Assembly (NCBI RefSeq): GCF_964204645.1
Contig: NC_134027.1
Location: 20,670,560 to 20,734,559, forward strand
Length of the DNA stretch: 64,000 nucleotides
Reading direction: 5' to 3'
Origin: Tubulanus polymorphus
Taxonomy: Eukaryota; Animalia; Nemertea
Below the pieces are notes generated by a model, which saw only the letters and a program-made list of their open reading frames with translations, was not told where the DNA came from and did no database searches. This document shows, one piece after another, positions 45,726 to 59,822 of the stretch; the first letter of the stretch is position 1; each line of letters starts with the position of its first letter. Both the position numbers and the translations under genes were made by a program.

Positions 45726-48700
45726 ATGGAAAAACTACCAAATCTAGTAAAAAATGACGTGATCGTCACATCATCTCAACAGTCCAGCGCGTCCTCGGCA
45801 TCCGGAACTCCTAGTTTGTTTTTTTACACAGACGATGACTCATTAGAAGGACGATTTAACATATTGAACGATCTACGCGAAACAGAGAAGCTGTGCGACG
45901 CGACGCTTCAGGTAGGGGATGAAACTTTCCCTGTGCACAGGGCAATTTTAGCCAGTTGCAGTCCTTACTTCAGGGCAATGTTCACAAACGGGATGCAGGA
46001 GACGGAGAAAAGAACTGTGCAAATACCAGGAGTTAATGCCGACGTTATGAAACAAATCATTCAATATGCTTACACGTGTGTCATTGACACAAACCCGTCA
46101 AACGTCGAAGCGATAATGGTGGCCGGCGATAAATTCAGCGTACCCGGAATCGTAAAACTTTGCAAAGAATTTATCATGTCCTACCTCACCAGTCAAAACT
46201 GCTTTCGCTATTTAGATTTTGCCAGAGAGTTTAACTTTATCGAATTGGAATGCGAAATTCTACGACATATCAAAGTAAATTTTGACGAAATCGGTTTGGT
46301 CAATCCCGACGTGCTGACGCTGCACGTGCAAGAGATCGAAAGAATTTTGTCGGCTGACGATTTGAACGTAAAAAACGAGGAGCTCGTCTTCGAAACTATA
46401 ATTCGATGGATTGACCACGATCCCGACGACAGACTCAAATTTATCGGTCGGTTGATGTATTGCGTGCGTCTCGGCTTGATCCCCACCGATTATTTCCTGG
46501 AGAACATCGTCAATCAAAAATACGTGTTGAACAATCCCGAACTGGAAACTTTGCTATCGAGCGCCTGGGATCTCTTGTACGAATTGGATAAAACCAGCGG
46601 GAAAGACGTCAATCTGAACAATCCGTTGGTTAAACCTCGAGTACCCAACGAAGTTTTATTCGCTATCGGAGGATGGAGCGGCGGGAATCCAATTACGTTC
46701 TTCGAAAGTTACGACACGCGTTCCGATCGGTGGTATACGCACGCGTTCGTCGAAGATAACACGCCCAGAGCCTATCACGGAGTCGTGGCGTTACACGGCC
46801 TCATTTACATCGTCGGAGGTTTCGACGGTACGTCGTATTTCAACAGCGTGCGCTGCTTCAATCCGGTAATGAAAGCGTGGAAAGAAGCGGCTCCGATGTA
46901 TTATCAACGTTGTTACGTTAGCACGGCCACTATGGACGGTCATATTTACGCTTGCGGCGGTTACGATGGCCGGTGGCGTCAGAAGACGGCTGAAAGATAT
47001 GACCCAATGAAAAACCAGTGGACGTTGATTCCACCGATGCATATTGCGAGAAGCGATGCCGGGTCGTCTTCTCTTGATGGTAAGATCGTGGCCGCAGAGG
47101 CATTTCAACAACGCCAACGGAACAGTTTTATCCAAATTGGCGTCGAACCTCCAGCCCCCTGAGATATTAAGTAGATTTAAAGTAGAATTCATGAACTGAG
47201 AATGAAAATAATTTGGCCCAAATACTTTCTTCGAAGCAAGGTCACAAATCCAATTGGATATTGTCGAAATCGAAATAGAAACATTGCCGATTGGCGATAT
47301 ACGATTGGCAATCATAGAAAAAAACAATTCGGATTAAAAACCTTAGGCCTAATAGAGGGAAAAGTTCAATTCACACCAGAAAAGTTAAACTCGAACTTTG
47401 CATATCTGCATTTCATTTCCTTTAAAATGTTGTATTAATTAAGTTAATCAAGCAAGGGACTGCAGAACTATATGATATTCAATCAAAACTTATGTTTTAA
47501 AAATGAGCGCAAATTATCGCAACGCCTCGAGGGACCGCCACAAAAATGGCGCGTAGAAACTGGAAACTTCTTTATTAGTTTATTGCTCCACAAGAATTTT
47601 CATTTGCACAGAGCACAAAAAACAGGTTCATACATGATACAAGGTTTGATTGCTAGTAGGTGACTGGCTATTTCATGTTTTCAATGACGACTAAAATCTA
47701 AAAATAACCGTTTTAAGCTTAAACCTATTCATGAAACCGTATTCAGATCGAGTAGGCTTACTTAAGTTCATTCGTACATTTTTAATAATAATAAGTGTCT
47801 TATATAGCGCTAAATCCAGCCAGGCTGCTCAGAGCGCTTTACATTTTTCGATATTATTACCCCCGCCAATTTTATACTCTAACATGTATCAGTCATCTTT
47901 CCCTGTGTGTGCCATATGGATCTTCAAAAATTGTTCGAAAAGTCTTTCTCTCAATGAGAGTTTAAATGATTTTTTTGGGTTTAATAATTCCATCTGCTTC
48001 AAAGGGAAACTATACATTGCCGGTGGTTTTAACGGCGAAGAATGCATGAACTCGGCTGAAGTATACGACCCCAGAACTAACCAATGGACGTCGATCAGGC
48101 CGATGGAAAAAAGACGAAGCGGAGTGTGCGTAGTTGGCTACGACGGGTTCGTTTACGCTTTAGGCGGTTTTAACGGTATACGAAGGCAAGCAGACGGTAC
48201 GTTTTCCTTGTAGGTCTCCGCAGTCGACTGTGGCAATTGAGGATTTCGTTTGTTTCGTCAAGCGACGATCCACCAGGTGGCAAAATTCGGACAACGATGC
48301 CGGGATTTCATCTCAGATTCAATCACAATCTGTTCATTAATTCTTCGAGTGATGAATTAAAACGCCGCGCTAGTGAACGCCATATATTAATCGGATATAA
48401 GCAAGAGGCGTGATTTCTTGTGGCAGGGTAAAACGTTCATTCAATTCGATCGAGTTGATAAGATAAGATAAGATATTTATTTCACTCCAACCATAAGAAT
48501 GGTACGTAGAGGCAAGATTGAATACAAAATATGAAATATAGGGCCTAAAGATTTACAAAACATGAACAGAATTATATACATTTAAAAATAAAAAATTTAA
48601 AATCTAATTTCAGCAAAACTATTTACAGACAAAGCAAGTACAGAGATTGAATTATGTACAGCAATATATATCACACGTATATACTCTATTTACTGGAGGG

Positions 48701-50743
48701 ATTTGTACAAACTTAAACCTAACTGGATAAATTTAGCTATTTGTGGGGATTCCTTAATATTTTAAAGTTTCTGGATATACTTAAATGGATAGAATTATCA
48801 CACAGATCACTTAGCAAAGTGCAGTCATAAATGAAGTGAAGCTCATCTCCTACGGTGTAACGGTGTTGTCCTATTGTTAAGCGTGCCATCTGGCGGGACA
48901 GTGAGAAACCCCGGGACCTAATTCCCGCAGGATGAACCATACCACCCCTTATATATGCTTTCCTTGTTGATTGGTTTCGTGGACACGTGGGAAAATATTT
49001 TTCTCTGGACGATGAATGATAGTTTCAATAAATTCCCTGTTTCAAGGAGTATTACTTGATTAATTTTCATCATTACTCACGGTTTTAGCTTAAGCATCTA
49101 ATAATGATATATTCTACGGAAAAATTCCACCAATACTACACTTGCAATACCTAGAAATAGTCAAAATATCCCATTTACAAAATGAAAAAGAAAAAAACGC
49201 GCACCGGAAAACTACGTATATGAATTTTTCTTTTACCTGCAGGAGAAAAGTACGACCCAGTTCAAAAGTCATGGATACCAGTAAAGAATATGTATACACC
49301 ACGCAGTAATTTCGCAGTAGCTGTGATGGATAAAATGATATTCGCTATTGGCGGATTCAATGGTTAGTTGACATATATATAGTTGACACATATATTGACG
49401 TATATATTCGAATCTCGAGGAATACTTATAGGTGACAAAGAGTATAAGGTAACCAGGTCCCTTAATACTCTTTATTCATATTGATATCGACAAGCCCTCG
49501 AGTCCAAGTTTTGCGATTAGGATCAAAGGCGTTTTTACGGGCATCCGATTTTTGCGATCGATTTCGTGAACGATTTGCTCCGATCGTGCGATCGAATCGC
49601 ACGTTCGTAAAAATGACGATGGATTTGGCTAATCACATGACATAAATATGGCGACGCTGAGGAAAAAATGTATGGTTTTGAACTACCCGGTGCCGCCATT
49701 TTGGAAATCAAATCGCCAAATCGCTCGCCGAGCGAGTTGGTCGATTTCAAAAATCGATCGGAAAATCGTGTTCGTAAAAACGCCGATCGTGAAATCGATC
49801 GCAAAAATCGGTGCTCGTAAATGCGTTCCTACGATCGATCGCAAAAATCGGATGCTCGTAAAAACGCCTCACGTCCTAAATGATTTGAAAATCATTAGAA
49901 AATGGAGTTCCATTTTAGCTAGTAAATGACGACGAATTCGAATTGATTATTTGGTTGAACTTTGTGAAACCGGGCCATCGATCATATTCCAAGTTTGGCT
50001 GACGAATGAATGAAATCGATCAAAACGTTCATCCCATTTCCCTCATATCTAGTACATAAAAGCTAATCAATATTTGCAAAGAAAACCAAGATATATATCA
50101 AAGAGTCGTTCTGAGTCAAAGTCAATTAGCCACAACGGAACCGGACCCAGTTCCACAGTCCTGTGTTAACATTTGTCTCAGAGTTAACTCTTTGAAATTA
50201 AAAAACTTTAACTCGGGGTTAACTCTAACTCGCAACTGTGGAACTGGATCCTGGCTTCGGACATCAGAAACGTCAATTAGTACTTGAAGCATGGCACCGC
50301 GTCAAAAAATACTCTCGATTCAGAAACAAGGTTCGGATCCATGCATGAACGGATGAACAGATCACTTATTTTGCTGTTGAGTATCATGCTTATATATACA
50401 TACGTCACACATATTGTTGACATATTGCGTCATAGTGTCGTCACTACGTTTGGCATCAGAAGTAATTTGCGCCTGACAGGCAATCTAGAAGCGCTTAACG
50501 TCTTTGCATAAACCTCTATATAAATTTCTGGAATTTATTTCAGGTACTACGACAATTCCTCACGTAGAATGTTACGACGGTGATAGCGACGAATGGTACG
50601 ACGCTACTGATATGAACATCAACCGAAGCGCCCTCAGCGCTTGCGTCGTCAAAAACCTAGCGAACGTGCGCGATTTTACGTTCCACGGTAACAACGTCTC
50701 GGGCGGTACTGACGAGGGCTCCCAGGACGAACGAACCCGATAG
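45726..50743 (+). CDS. KLHL10: Kelch-like protein 10 (BTB-BACK-Kelch); exons 45726-47079, 48005-48196, 49243-49362, 50544-50743
   Basis: BTB (FPVHRAILASCSPYFRAMFT), BACK, and KLHL10-type signatures PRVPNEVLFAIGGWSGG, PRAYHG, RCYVS, RSDA, RSNF and VECYD..DEWYDATDMNINRSALSACVV; three phase-1 GT-AG introns. Confidence 0.88.
48457..48870 (-). mobile_element. LINE 3' remnant in a KLHL10 intron
   Basis: Encodes VGDELHFIYDC; AATAAA plus an (ATCTT)n tail at 48457-48482. Confidence 0.55.
49528..49868. mobile_element. MITE with long TIRs (PIF/Harbinger-like ends) in a KLHL10 intron
   Basis: GGCGTTTTTACGGGCATCCGATTTTTGCGATCGAT ... ATCGATCGCAAAAATCGGATGCTCGTAAAAACGCC, plus internal subterminal repeats. 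Confidence 0.8.
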
Positions 50744-51835
50744 AATTGCGGCCGCCGTAAACAAGTAACGAACATTCCGGTCCCACCTACAATATCTAGT
50801 CGTCGTTCGGATACAATCATCTAGCGAGAAGACACACGGGAACTTTTTGTAGAAACTAAACACGATCTACCTTTTTCGTCTAAGCCTGGTCTTTATGGTT
50901 TCACAGCACTGAGTTCGCAATGATATAATGCTAGAGATTAGATCTAGAATGGGGCAGTTTATCGAACGAAACGGGTCTAAAGCTTGTATGAAATATAGTC
51001 TCGTCTTTAAATAAACTCCACACAAAGTACCGCTATTTCGGGATCGGGACTTGCTTAAATATACACACAAAGCCAATCTTACCTTTTATCCCCGAGAACA
51101 AAATGAAGTGGAGTTTTATTTCATTTCATCCCGCGCGGTGTCGGTCTCTATCCGAACAAAAAAATCAAGGTCGTCTCCACAATCTGTGCCCAAACTCGGT
51201 TTGTATTTGGATACCAGTCTAGATTCGATCTAGAACATTTGCTTTCCTGAAGACATTCGACAGCGCAGTTACGTAGACCTACGACAAAGCCGTTAGTGCC
51301 AGATGTTGATCGACACAAGTGCGTCTTTTCGAAATAGATGATTGAGAAACTTCTAACAGGAATCTATTGGTGCCGACAGTGTTACCCAAAAAGCACCGCA
51401 CGATCCCAAATTCGTTAGATCACTATAGGTCTACCTCTAGAAGCAAACATCTTCCGCCCAGCTATCATTCAGTTAATCGATCACCATCTTCATGTCGGGT
51501 GATAAGCCCTACGTCGTTCGGCAGTTAAAAATAAATTACGGAGTTCACGATCACGAGTTCACGATGTGTAACTATATAATCCTGATCATGCGAAATTCAA
51601 TGAACTGGCGTACATATCTTTTTCAGGTAACCAATAACAATAAAACCAAAACTTATTCTCATACAGTCGTTTCACTTTGTCATGCACCGCAAAGCAGAAT
51701 GCGGTATATCAACTCACGTGTGAAATGTTAGTCATTCACCGATTGACGACCAACATGGAGTTTGACTACTATATAACTGAATCCAAGTTTATTTTCGGTC
51801 GGTGAACTGAGGAAGTTCGTACTAAACATTATTCG

Positions 51836-51836
<1 letters not shown>

Positions 51837-51904
<68 letters not shown>
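51837..51904. repeat. (TA)n microsatellite
   Basis: TA run. Confidence 0.98.
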
Positions 51905-51905
<1 letters not shown>

Positions 51906-52205
51906 CGCGAGTAGTGTTTACATAAAATATAGTAAGGTAAGAACAGTATTCTACTGTTAGCAAAAAGAGTGTGAGTGAAAATAAAATAATTCTTAGAGTC
52001 AAAAGGGTTTTCTGTCGGAGGTCGGAAAATCCAAAATATGCTCTTGCTGCATGGGAAAAGTAAAATGTGATATCGCTTTTCGATAAATTATTGGTTCATA
52101 AAATCCGATATCATATGGTCAAACAACAATTACGAATATATAAAATGTAACCAATAGGTTAATAATTAACAACTAAAAATAGAGAACAGAATCCAAATGT
52201 CATTT

Positions 52206-53189
52206 CTATGTCGTTCGAGAGCGTAACAACGATTTCAGTTCCTCTTTAAAGGTTTTGCTATACACGTAATAGAATATACCGTTTACAGATGAATTTAGGG
52301 CTTGGAAGATATCATTCAAAATCAGGATAATCCAAGTAACGGACCAAGGATAAGATAGTCTAAGTACGTTGAATAACATATCAGGGGTAACAGAAACCAT
52401 GAATATGGTAGATGCGACAAATACCATTCTATGCGCCGTTCCATCTTGTTTATTTTGTTTAGTGTCCGCACCAGTCATTTGTTTCCTATTTTTAGCGTGA
52501 ATTTGTAATTTGATTATCATAATCATATTAAGAATTGGTACGAGAGCGAATGGCAAATATGTCGAAAAAATACTTTCTAACAAATACGAATATTTGTGAG
52601 GATCGTAAACGGATTTCGTACCAAGAACAGTCAAGCCGTATGAACATGTCTTTTTCACATACGCAACAATTCGGTTTTGCGCGCGATACGAAGATACCCC
52701 GCAAAATATCAGAATCCAAGTTGCTGAAAATGAATAGCAATGTTTCAGTTTCCAATATGTCTTAGCTTTAAGCGGAAAACAAATGTTAATTGTCCGATCG
52801 AACGTCACCAATAAGGTAAGCCCGTTGCGAATGTACGAACCCCATTTTGAAATGCTATTACCGGCAATGTAAAGCCCAGGGGCTCCCAAACCCGCATCCA
52901 AATACAGTCCAGTCTTTCCATAGCGAATGATTTTCAAAACCCAAACTAGATGATTGTATATAATGATAGCGATGCAACAGACAATATCAAAAACAGCTAG
53001 TAACAATAGGAGGAAATGCGACGTCGCAGAATTATTCATTTTATGCAGTCGATATAACACGGCGATAGTAACCGAGTTTGTTACGATACCGAACCATCCG
53101 ATCGGACCTATCACAGTTGCGGCCACAAGATTCCAGACTACGCGATCGTGAGGGAGACATTTCTTTACAATAGTAGCGTTCAACGGCAT
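52206..53189 (-). CDS. Intronless class A GPCR (FMRFamide/sex-peptide-receptor-like group), 327 aa
   Basis: Motifs [41 protein letters not shown] and NSSVNGIFY. Confidence 0.85.
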   Translation of the reverse strand: MPLNATIVKKCLPHDRVVWNLVAATVIGPIGWFGIVTNSVTIAVLYRLHKMNNSATSHFLLLLLAVFDIVCCIAIIIYNHLVWVLKIIRYGKTGLYLDAGLGAPGLYIAGNSISKWGSYIRNGLTLLVTFDRTINICFPLKAKTYWKLKHCYSFSATWILIFCGVSSYRAQNRIVAYVKKTCSYGLTVLGTKSVYDPHKYSYLLESIFSTYLPFALVPILNMIMIIKLQIHAKNRKQMTGADTKQNKQDGTAHRMVFVASTIFMVSVTPDMLFNVLRLSYPWSVTWIILILNDIFQALNSSVNGIFYYVYSKTFKEELKSLLRSRTT

Positions 53190-53303
53190 TATTGCTACCA
53201 GTACTGCGCACTGAGTAAATTACACATCAGGCAAACGTGCCGACGGACATCACACGTTACACAATCGCACCTCATTCGTTACATTCATCCTTTAACTGCT
53301 ATG

Positions 53304-53589
<286 letters not shown>

Positions 53590-54009
53590 TTTTCAGAAAA
53601 CTATTTATACCTGTAAAGCTAACAGCGATAGCGTGTATCCGAAAACTTTAGTTGACCTATAAAGTACTGCCCAGAGACGTTTGTGTCTAAACGATGAAAA
53701 AACTAGTATATGAGGTTAATTTTTGCAATCAGCAATTATATTCAGAGCACTTATCTCTTCACTTAATCTCTCCATTGCGCCGTTCAATGGACAGACTCAT
53801 CGACGATGCCACAGCTGTCAGAGACCCCTGTTGTGCCTCCTTCGGCGATTTTAATACGTATTATTCATTCCGCGACTACAAAACAATATTTCATATAACA
53901 TACATTTTTAAATCGATGCAAATATAGGTAATCGCAGGCTAATAAGGGCCATAATGTCAGATTCCTGGTTATGCATATATGAGAGCGCTAGAACGCGAAA
54001 ACGAAAACG

Positions 54010-54763
54010 AAAAAAGCTAGAATGTCGCTGAAAACGACTGCTGCCCCCACATCAGGTGAAACGCCTTGTTAAAAACAGCCCGAGCGTATGTCGACCTACC
54101 AATGAATAGAGGAAATGAAAAATACAAAACGGCTTCTAGTGACCTTGACATTTGACATACAGGACTCGAAATCTAATCAGTCACTCACGGTCTCTAGGGT
54201 AACCTATCCACGAAATTTCACAAAGTTATCTTATCATACCGTTTATGAATTAACAGCCCAGAAATTGAAAATACAAAACAGCCCCCTGGTGACCTTGACC
54301 TTTGACCTACATGACCCAAAATTTAATCATTTACTCACGGCCTCTAGGGTAACCCATCTATAGAATTTCAGTACGTTGTCTTAGACCGTTTATGAGTTAG
54401 AGCCCGCAAATGAAATTCACAAAATGGCTTCCTGCGACCTTGACCTTGGACCCAAAATCTAAACAGTTACCCACGGTCCCTAGAATAAACCATCCATATA
54501 ATTTCAGTTAGTTATGTTAAACCGTTTATGAGTTAGAGCCCAGAAATGAAATTTACAAAATGGCTTCCTCCGACCTTGACCTTGGACCTACAGGACCCAA
54601 TATATAATCAGATACTAACCTTATATAGTACAACACAACTGTTGAATTTGAAGAAAATCTGTCAAAGGGTTTAGCTGCTAGGGCACGGAAATCACTGCGG
54701 ACAGACGGACGGACGACGAAGTGAATACATTATACCCCCGACAACGCGTTATGGGGGCATAAA
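54010..54763 (+). mobile_element. Non-autonomous Helentron-like (HINE) element
   Basis: Tandem units containing GTGACCTTGACCTTTGACC, a (GGAC)n microsatellite, and a 3' hairpin CCCCCG...GGGGGCATAAAA. Confidence 0.7.
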
Positions 54764-54977
54764 ATGTTTAATCTTTGCGCGCCAAAAAGAATCTTTCATT
54801 ATGGAATCATGGTAATGCAATAAGTATCCATATAGTCGATATGTCGCTCAGTCGCTGTCATGGTTTTCCCAGCTTTGGAAAGTCGCACCCGATTGCAAAT
54901 TGCTGCGACCGGCGGTCAATCATCGCTCGTTTGCGCTCGGCTTCAGACGAAGATTTACGATAAAGTGGGCTGATGTC

Positions 54978-55126
54978 AGTATTAGGGAAAGTCTTGTTTC
55001 ATACCGAAGGTCGAGAGGTCGAGCTCATAAGAAATAAAATAAATTCTCGCATGCTCGAATTTATTTTTATTTTTTACTCACTCGCCCCCTCAACCTCTGA
55101 TATGAGACAAGACTTTCCCTATTACT
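54978..55126. repeat. 149-bp imperfect palindrome centred on GCATGC (55049-55054)
   Basis: The arm AGTATTAGGGAAAGTCTTGTTTCATA... pairs with ...TATGAGACAAGACTTTCCCTATTACT. Confidence 0.9.
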
Positions 55127-55212
55127 CTAATTATATTCATATATAAATGAAAACTATATTCATGAATAATATATAAATGAAATTAGATTTTAATAAAAAA
55201 TGTGTTATTAAA

Positions 55213-55553
55213 ATGGAGAGTAAACAAATACACAGTGAATTCTTAAATAGAATCAAAGATACTACAAATGTCAAATCTGTAGCTTATAAATTAATAAGTT
55301 AAATGAATTGACGTTACATAAGAAATATTTAATTACAAATATTGAAACAATTACCTATAGATATGGTAGTAAATTAGTTATCCACTTAGAATATGAAGGA
55401 TTAAAAGGAAATAAACATTAATTCAGAACATATTTACCAGATAGATTTCATAGATTATCTAGTGAAGATATTGAAGAATTATGTTCTGGTGATTTCTATT
55501 TCATATACAAAAGTAAGAATGAAAAAGGATGTCATGATATAGATTTCGAATAA
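55213..55553 (+). pseudogene. Small Polinton-associated protein (possible OB-fold/ssDNA-binding), disrupted
   Basis: MESKQIHSEFLNRIK...LNELTLHKKYLITNIETITYRYGSKLVIHL...TYLPDRF...FYFIYK...DIDFE*, with a frameshift and an internal stop. The function is inferred. Confidence 0.4.
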
Positions 55554-55588
55554 TATAAAAACAATCTTAATAAAATATTTATATAATA

Positions 55589-58500
55589 AATGTAAGCAAA
55601 TAAGAAGTACTACTTCCAACATGTAAAATCAATATAGATAAATCTCATAAAAGCAAGACATAATGATGCTAATCTCACTTAGAGAATAAACTGAAATTAG
55701 AATATAAAGATGATATATTATAAACTAAATTAGATGAATTAAAGAATGAAAAAGAAATATATAAATGTGATACATGTAATCAATCATTCAGTAACACAAG
55801 ATATTATGAACAACATTTAACATCTAAAATTCACATTTCACTCAGGGTTTCAGTTTATACAAGCCTTGCTTTTTCTGAAACCCCAGTTTTATAATACAAC
55901 ATTATGTATTAACAATAACATTGTACTCATTGTTGCAATTTATTTCTGAAATAAATAAATAAATGAATAAATAAATTAGAAATATTAATTATGGTATTTT
56001 AGGTGAAGATTATTTTGATAAAGATATTAATAAGAAACAAAGCATAATCAAAAGAATAAAAAATAAATTAAGAAATAAAAGACCATACATGGAAGATGTT
56101 AGAAAATATATCAATTCATTACATGATAAAAATATATTGAAATAACCGAAGCATTTAAAAGTTATATTGGACCAGCTGCTATCGGGTTTAAATTTCATAA
56201 AGGTAAAACATAAGAAGAAAATAAAAAACATAAGAAAATATGAAAAATATTATAAAAATAATTACAGACGTATAATATACTAAAATTAGTATATCTGCTA
56301 AAGTTAAATTTATAAAATCTGAAGATAAACCAATATATAATATAAATTCTCATTCACAACATATTATTTCAAAACAACATATAAATGATAGATTAAATAA
56401 ATGTAATGATGAAATAAAAAGTAAAATAGAAGAGAAATATTTTGAAGGATCTGGTTTAATTTTTGGCGAAATAGTATTTATGACGTTACATGTGTACAAT
56501 ACAAAATATTAATCAACTAAATCGAAACCAATTGATGAAAATAATTTATCATATTATAAAGATGATAATATAAATGCATCAAGTTATATTAAACCACCAT
56601 TTAAAACTAATGATGTTATAAATTTACACAATTTTGATGATAAATGTTTTTTATGGTCAATAATTAGTTCCTTACATCCAACAGAAGAAAATACACACAG
56701 TTTTAGATTAATGAATTATAAACAATTTGAAAATAATTATAAGATAGACAATTATCTAGTTAGAATTAAAAATATTCCAAAAATAGAAATAGAAATAGAT
56801 AATAATCTAAAAATAAATAAAAAACAAAAGGTAATAGTATTAAACATTTTACATTAGAACCATTGTATTTATCAAAAGATTATGATTCAAATGATGTTAT
56901 AGATATATTATATTATGAAAATCATTATATGTGGATTAAACGTATTGATTTATTTTCTAAATCAGAAAATGATTTTGATAATTAGATATATCTATGTACA
57001 AAATGTATAACTAAATTCAGTAATGAAAGTGCATTATTAAATCATAAACAATTATGCGATAATCATGATTATTGTGAATTAGTTTTACCAAATGAAAAAG
57101 ATAAGATATTAGAATTCAAAAAATATGATTACAAGAATAAAGTAAATTTGTAATATATGGAGATTTTGAATCATTAAACAAATAATTAACTGATCACGAT
57201 AGAAAGGAAATATATTACAAAAGAAAGAAATTAAATTCTAATTCTGATGTAATTGATTATTCAGATCCTCTGATAACAAATACTATTAAAAAGATTCATC
57301 AATCAGCTGCATCCTTTTGATTATATGTAATATCTGATTATCCAGATCTAATTAAAAGTGAATATTATCATTATAGAAATGAAAATGTTATTAATCATTT
57401 TTGTGACTTATTAATTGAATATGAAATAAAATCAATGAATTATTAGATAAAAATATAGAAATTATAATGACAGAACAAGGTAAAGAAGAATTTCATTTTG
57501 CAGATAAATGTTATTATTGTGAAAATCGAATTAATCTAAAAGATACAAAAGTAAGAGATCATGACCATTTGAATGGTAAATTTGGAGGTGCAGCACATGA
57601 GGCTTGTAACTTACAAGCTAAGAAAATCAATTTTGTTCCAGTTATATACCATGATTTATCAGGATATGATGCAAATTTATTTATCAAACAGCTGTCATAA
57701 AATAGAAGAAATCAATAATGAAATAGAAAGATTAAATTCAAATAGATCAAAAGATGTTGCTAAAATACCAACTTATAAATTTAATATGTTAGCTAAACCA
57801 TCTGAAAATTATATATCTTTCCAATTTGGATGTCTAAGATTTATAGATTCATATAGATTTTTAAGTAGTTCATTAGATAATTTATCAAAATCATTAGTTG
57901 ATGATGAATTAAAAATATAAAAACAAAATTATCCAAATAATGATGATTTTCAATTAATGAGATATAAAGGAGCAATTCCATATTCATTTGATAAATCGCA
58001 TAATGATTTTAACATAACTGAATTATTAAAAGAACAATTTTATGATGAATTAAGATCCGAATATGTTAAAGATGAAGTTTATAATAGAACATTGAATATT
58101 TGGAATAATTTCAAAATAAGAGTCATGGCCAATTAGTAGATTTATATTCAAAATCAGATGTATTATTAATTGATATATTCGAAAGGTTTAGAGATGTAAA
58201 TCTAAAATATTTTAATATTGATCCATGCTACCGTTATTCTGGTCCAGGTTTAACTTGCGATTGTGGTTTAAAATTTACAGGAGTAAAAATGGATTTATTT
58301 ACAAATATAGATAAATTATTATTATTTGAAAAATCTAAAAGAGGTGTTTCAGGTGTATGTGATAGATATTTCAATGTAAATGATAATCCTGGATATAAGT
58401 TATTATATATAGATGCAAATAATCTATATGTTTGGGCAATGATGGAACCACAGCCTTATGGAGTATTTTAAATAACTGAAATTTTACAGCACGAAAAATG

Positions 58501-59749
58501 TTGATAAATTTGATTGGAAGGAAAGAATTCCAGATATTGCAGATGATTCAGATACTGGTTACTTTTTTGTTGTAGACTTGGAATATCCTGAACTTATTTA
58601 ATTTAAATCTAGAAATCTAGCATACTGTCCTGAACATAAAACTGTGACAAAATGAAGAATTATCAAATTATCAAAAAAGAATCAAACCTGAAAACCATAT
58701 TCATACAGAAAAGTTAATGGTAACTCAAGAAGATAAATATAATTATGTAGTACATTATATAATTTTAAAATTCTAGTTGAAACAAGGAATGATTCTAAAA
58801 AAGTACATAGATATATTTCATTTAGTCAATCTAGATGGTTAGAAAAATATATAGATTTTAACACCAATCAGAGAACTAAATCTAAAACTGATTTTGAGAA
58901 AGATTTTTTCAAGTTAATGAATAATGCATTCTATGGTAAAACTTGTGAAAATATTAGAAATAGAAATGATATTGAGTTAGTTAGTAATGGTTAAAGAATT
59001 AAACATTTACAAACATATCCTAAATTTATTGGTAACAGAATATTTGATGACAATTTAGCTGCTGTTAAAATGAGGAGAACAAGTATGGAATTTAATAAAC
59101 CAATTTATGTTGGAGCATCAGTTTTAGAAATATCAAAATTATTAATGTATGAATTTTACTATAACGTATAACAACCTCATTTTGGAGAAAAACATAAATA
59201 AATATTATACTTCGATACTGGCAGTTACATGCTAAAAATCAAGACAAATAACATAACAGATAATTTAAATACATTAAAACATCATTTGATTTCAGTAACT
59301 ATCCAAAAGATCGTGAATTGTTTAGTAACGAAAATAAAAATGTTCCTGGGAAGTTTAAGGATGAATTAGGTGGTGAAGAAATGATAGAGTTCATTGGAAT
59401 TCGATCTAAAATGTATTGTTATTAAACCAAAACTCATGAATCTAAAAAATTGAAAGGTATTACAAAAAGCCTTATTGGAAAAAAACATTAATTTTAAACA
59501 TTACATCAATTGTATATTTAATGAAAACATGAGATGAAATGTTTAAGATCCGAAGATCTTGAAATGTTTATAGAAGAGATAGAAAAGGTTAGTTTGAATC
59601 CTTTCGATGATAAAAGATATTTTTTAGATGACGGAATTCATATAGCCGCTTATGGTTGCAATTTAGATGAATACTTAAAATTTAAAAGGGATGAAGAAAA
59701 TGAAAATGAGATTATTAAAAGGATTATAACTAATGTTAATCGACTTTAA
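55589..59749 (+). pseudogene. pPolB with N-terminal zinc fingers; many stops and frameshifts
   Basis: Motifs [109 protein letters not shown] and [10 protein letters not shown]. Confidence 0.9.
55835..55975 (+). mobile_element. Very short LINE 3'-end insertion inside the pPolB N-terminus
   Basis: Stem-loop GGGTTTCAG..TATACAAGCCTTGCTTTTTCTGAAACCC followed by an (AAAT)n tail. Confidence 0.55.
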
Positions 59750-59822
59750 TTCAATTTTAATAGAAAATATATTTAATAAAATGAAGTCAGAACAATCACA
59801 AACTATAAATATTTTCTATAAG
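58151..59822. repeat. Direct duplication, copy 1 (1672 bp); copy 2 at 61291-62964
   Basis: Near-identical copies with a few substitutions and a 2-bp indel; both carry the same pPolB-disabling lesions. Confidence 0.97.

Noticed and set aside
47080-47162. KLHL10 ending at 47162 as in the ORF track
   Set aside because: This is read-through into intron 1; the kelch repeats continue in three downstream exons.
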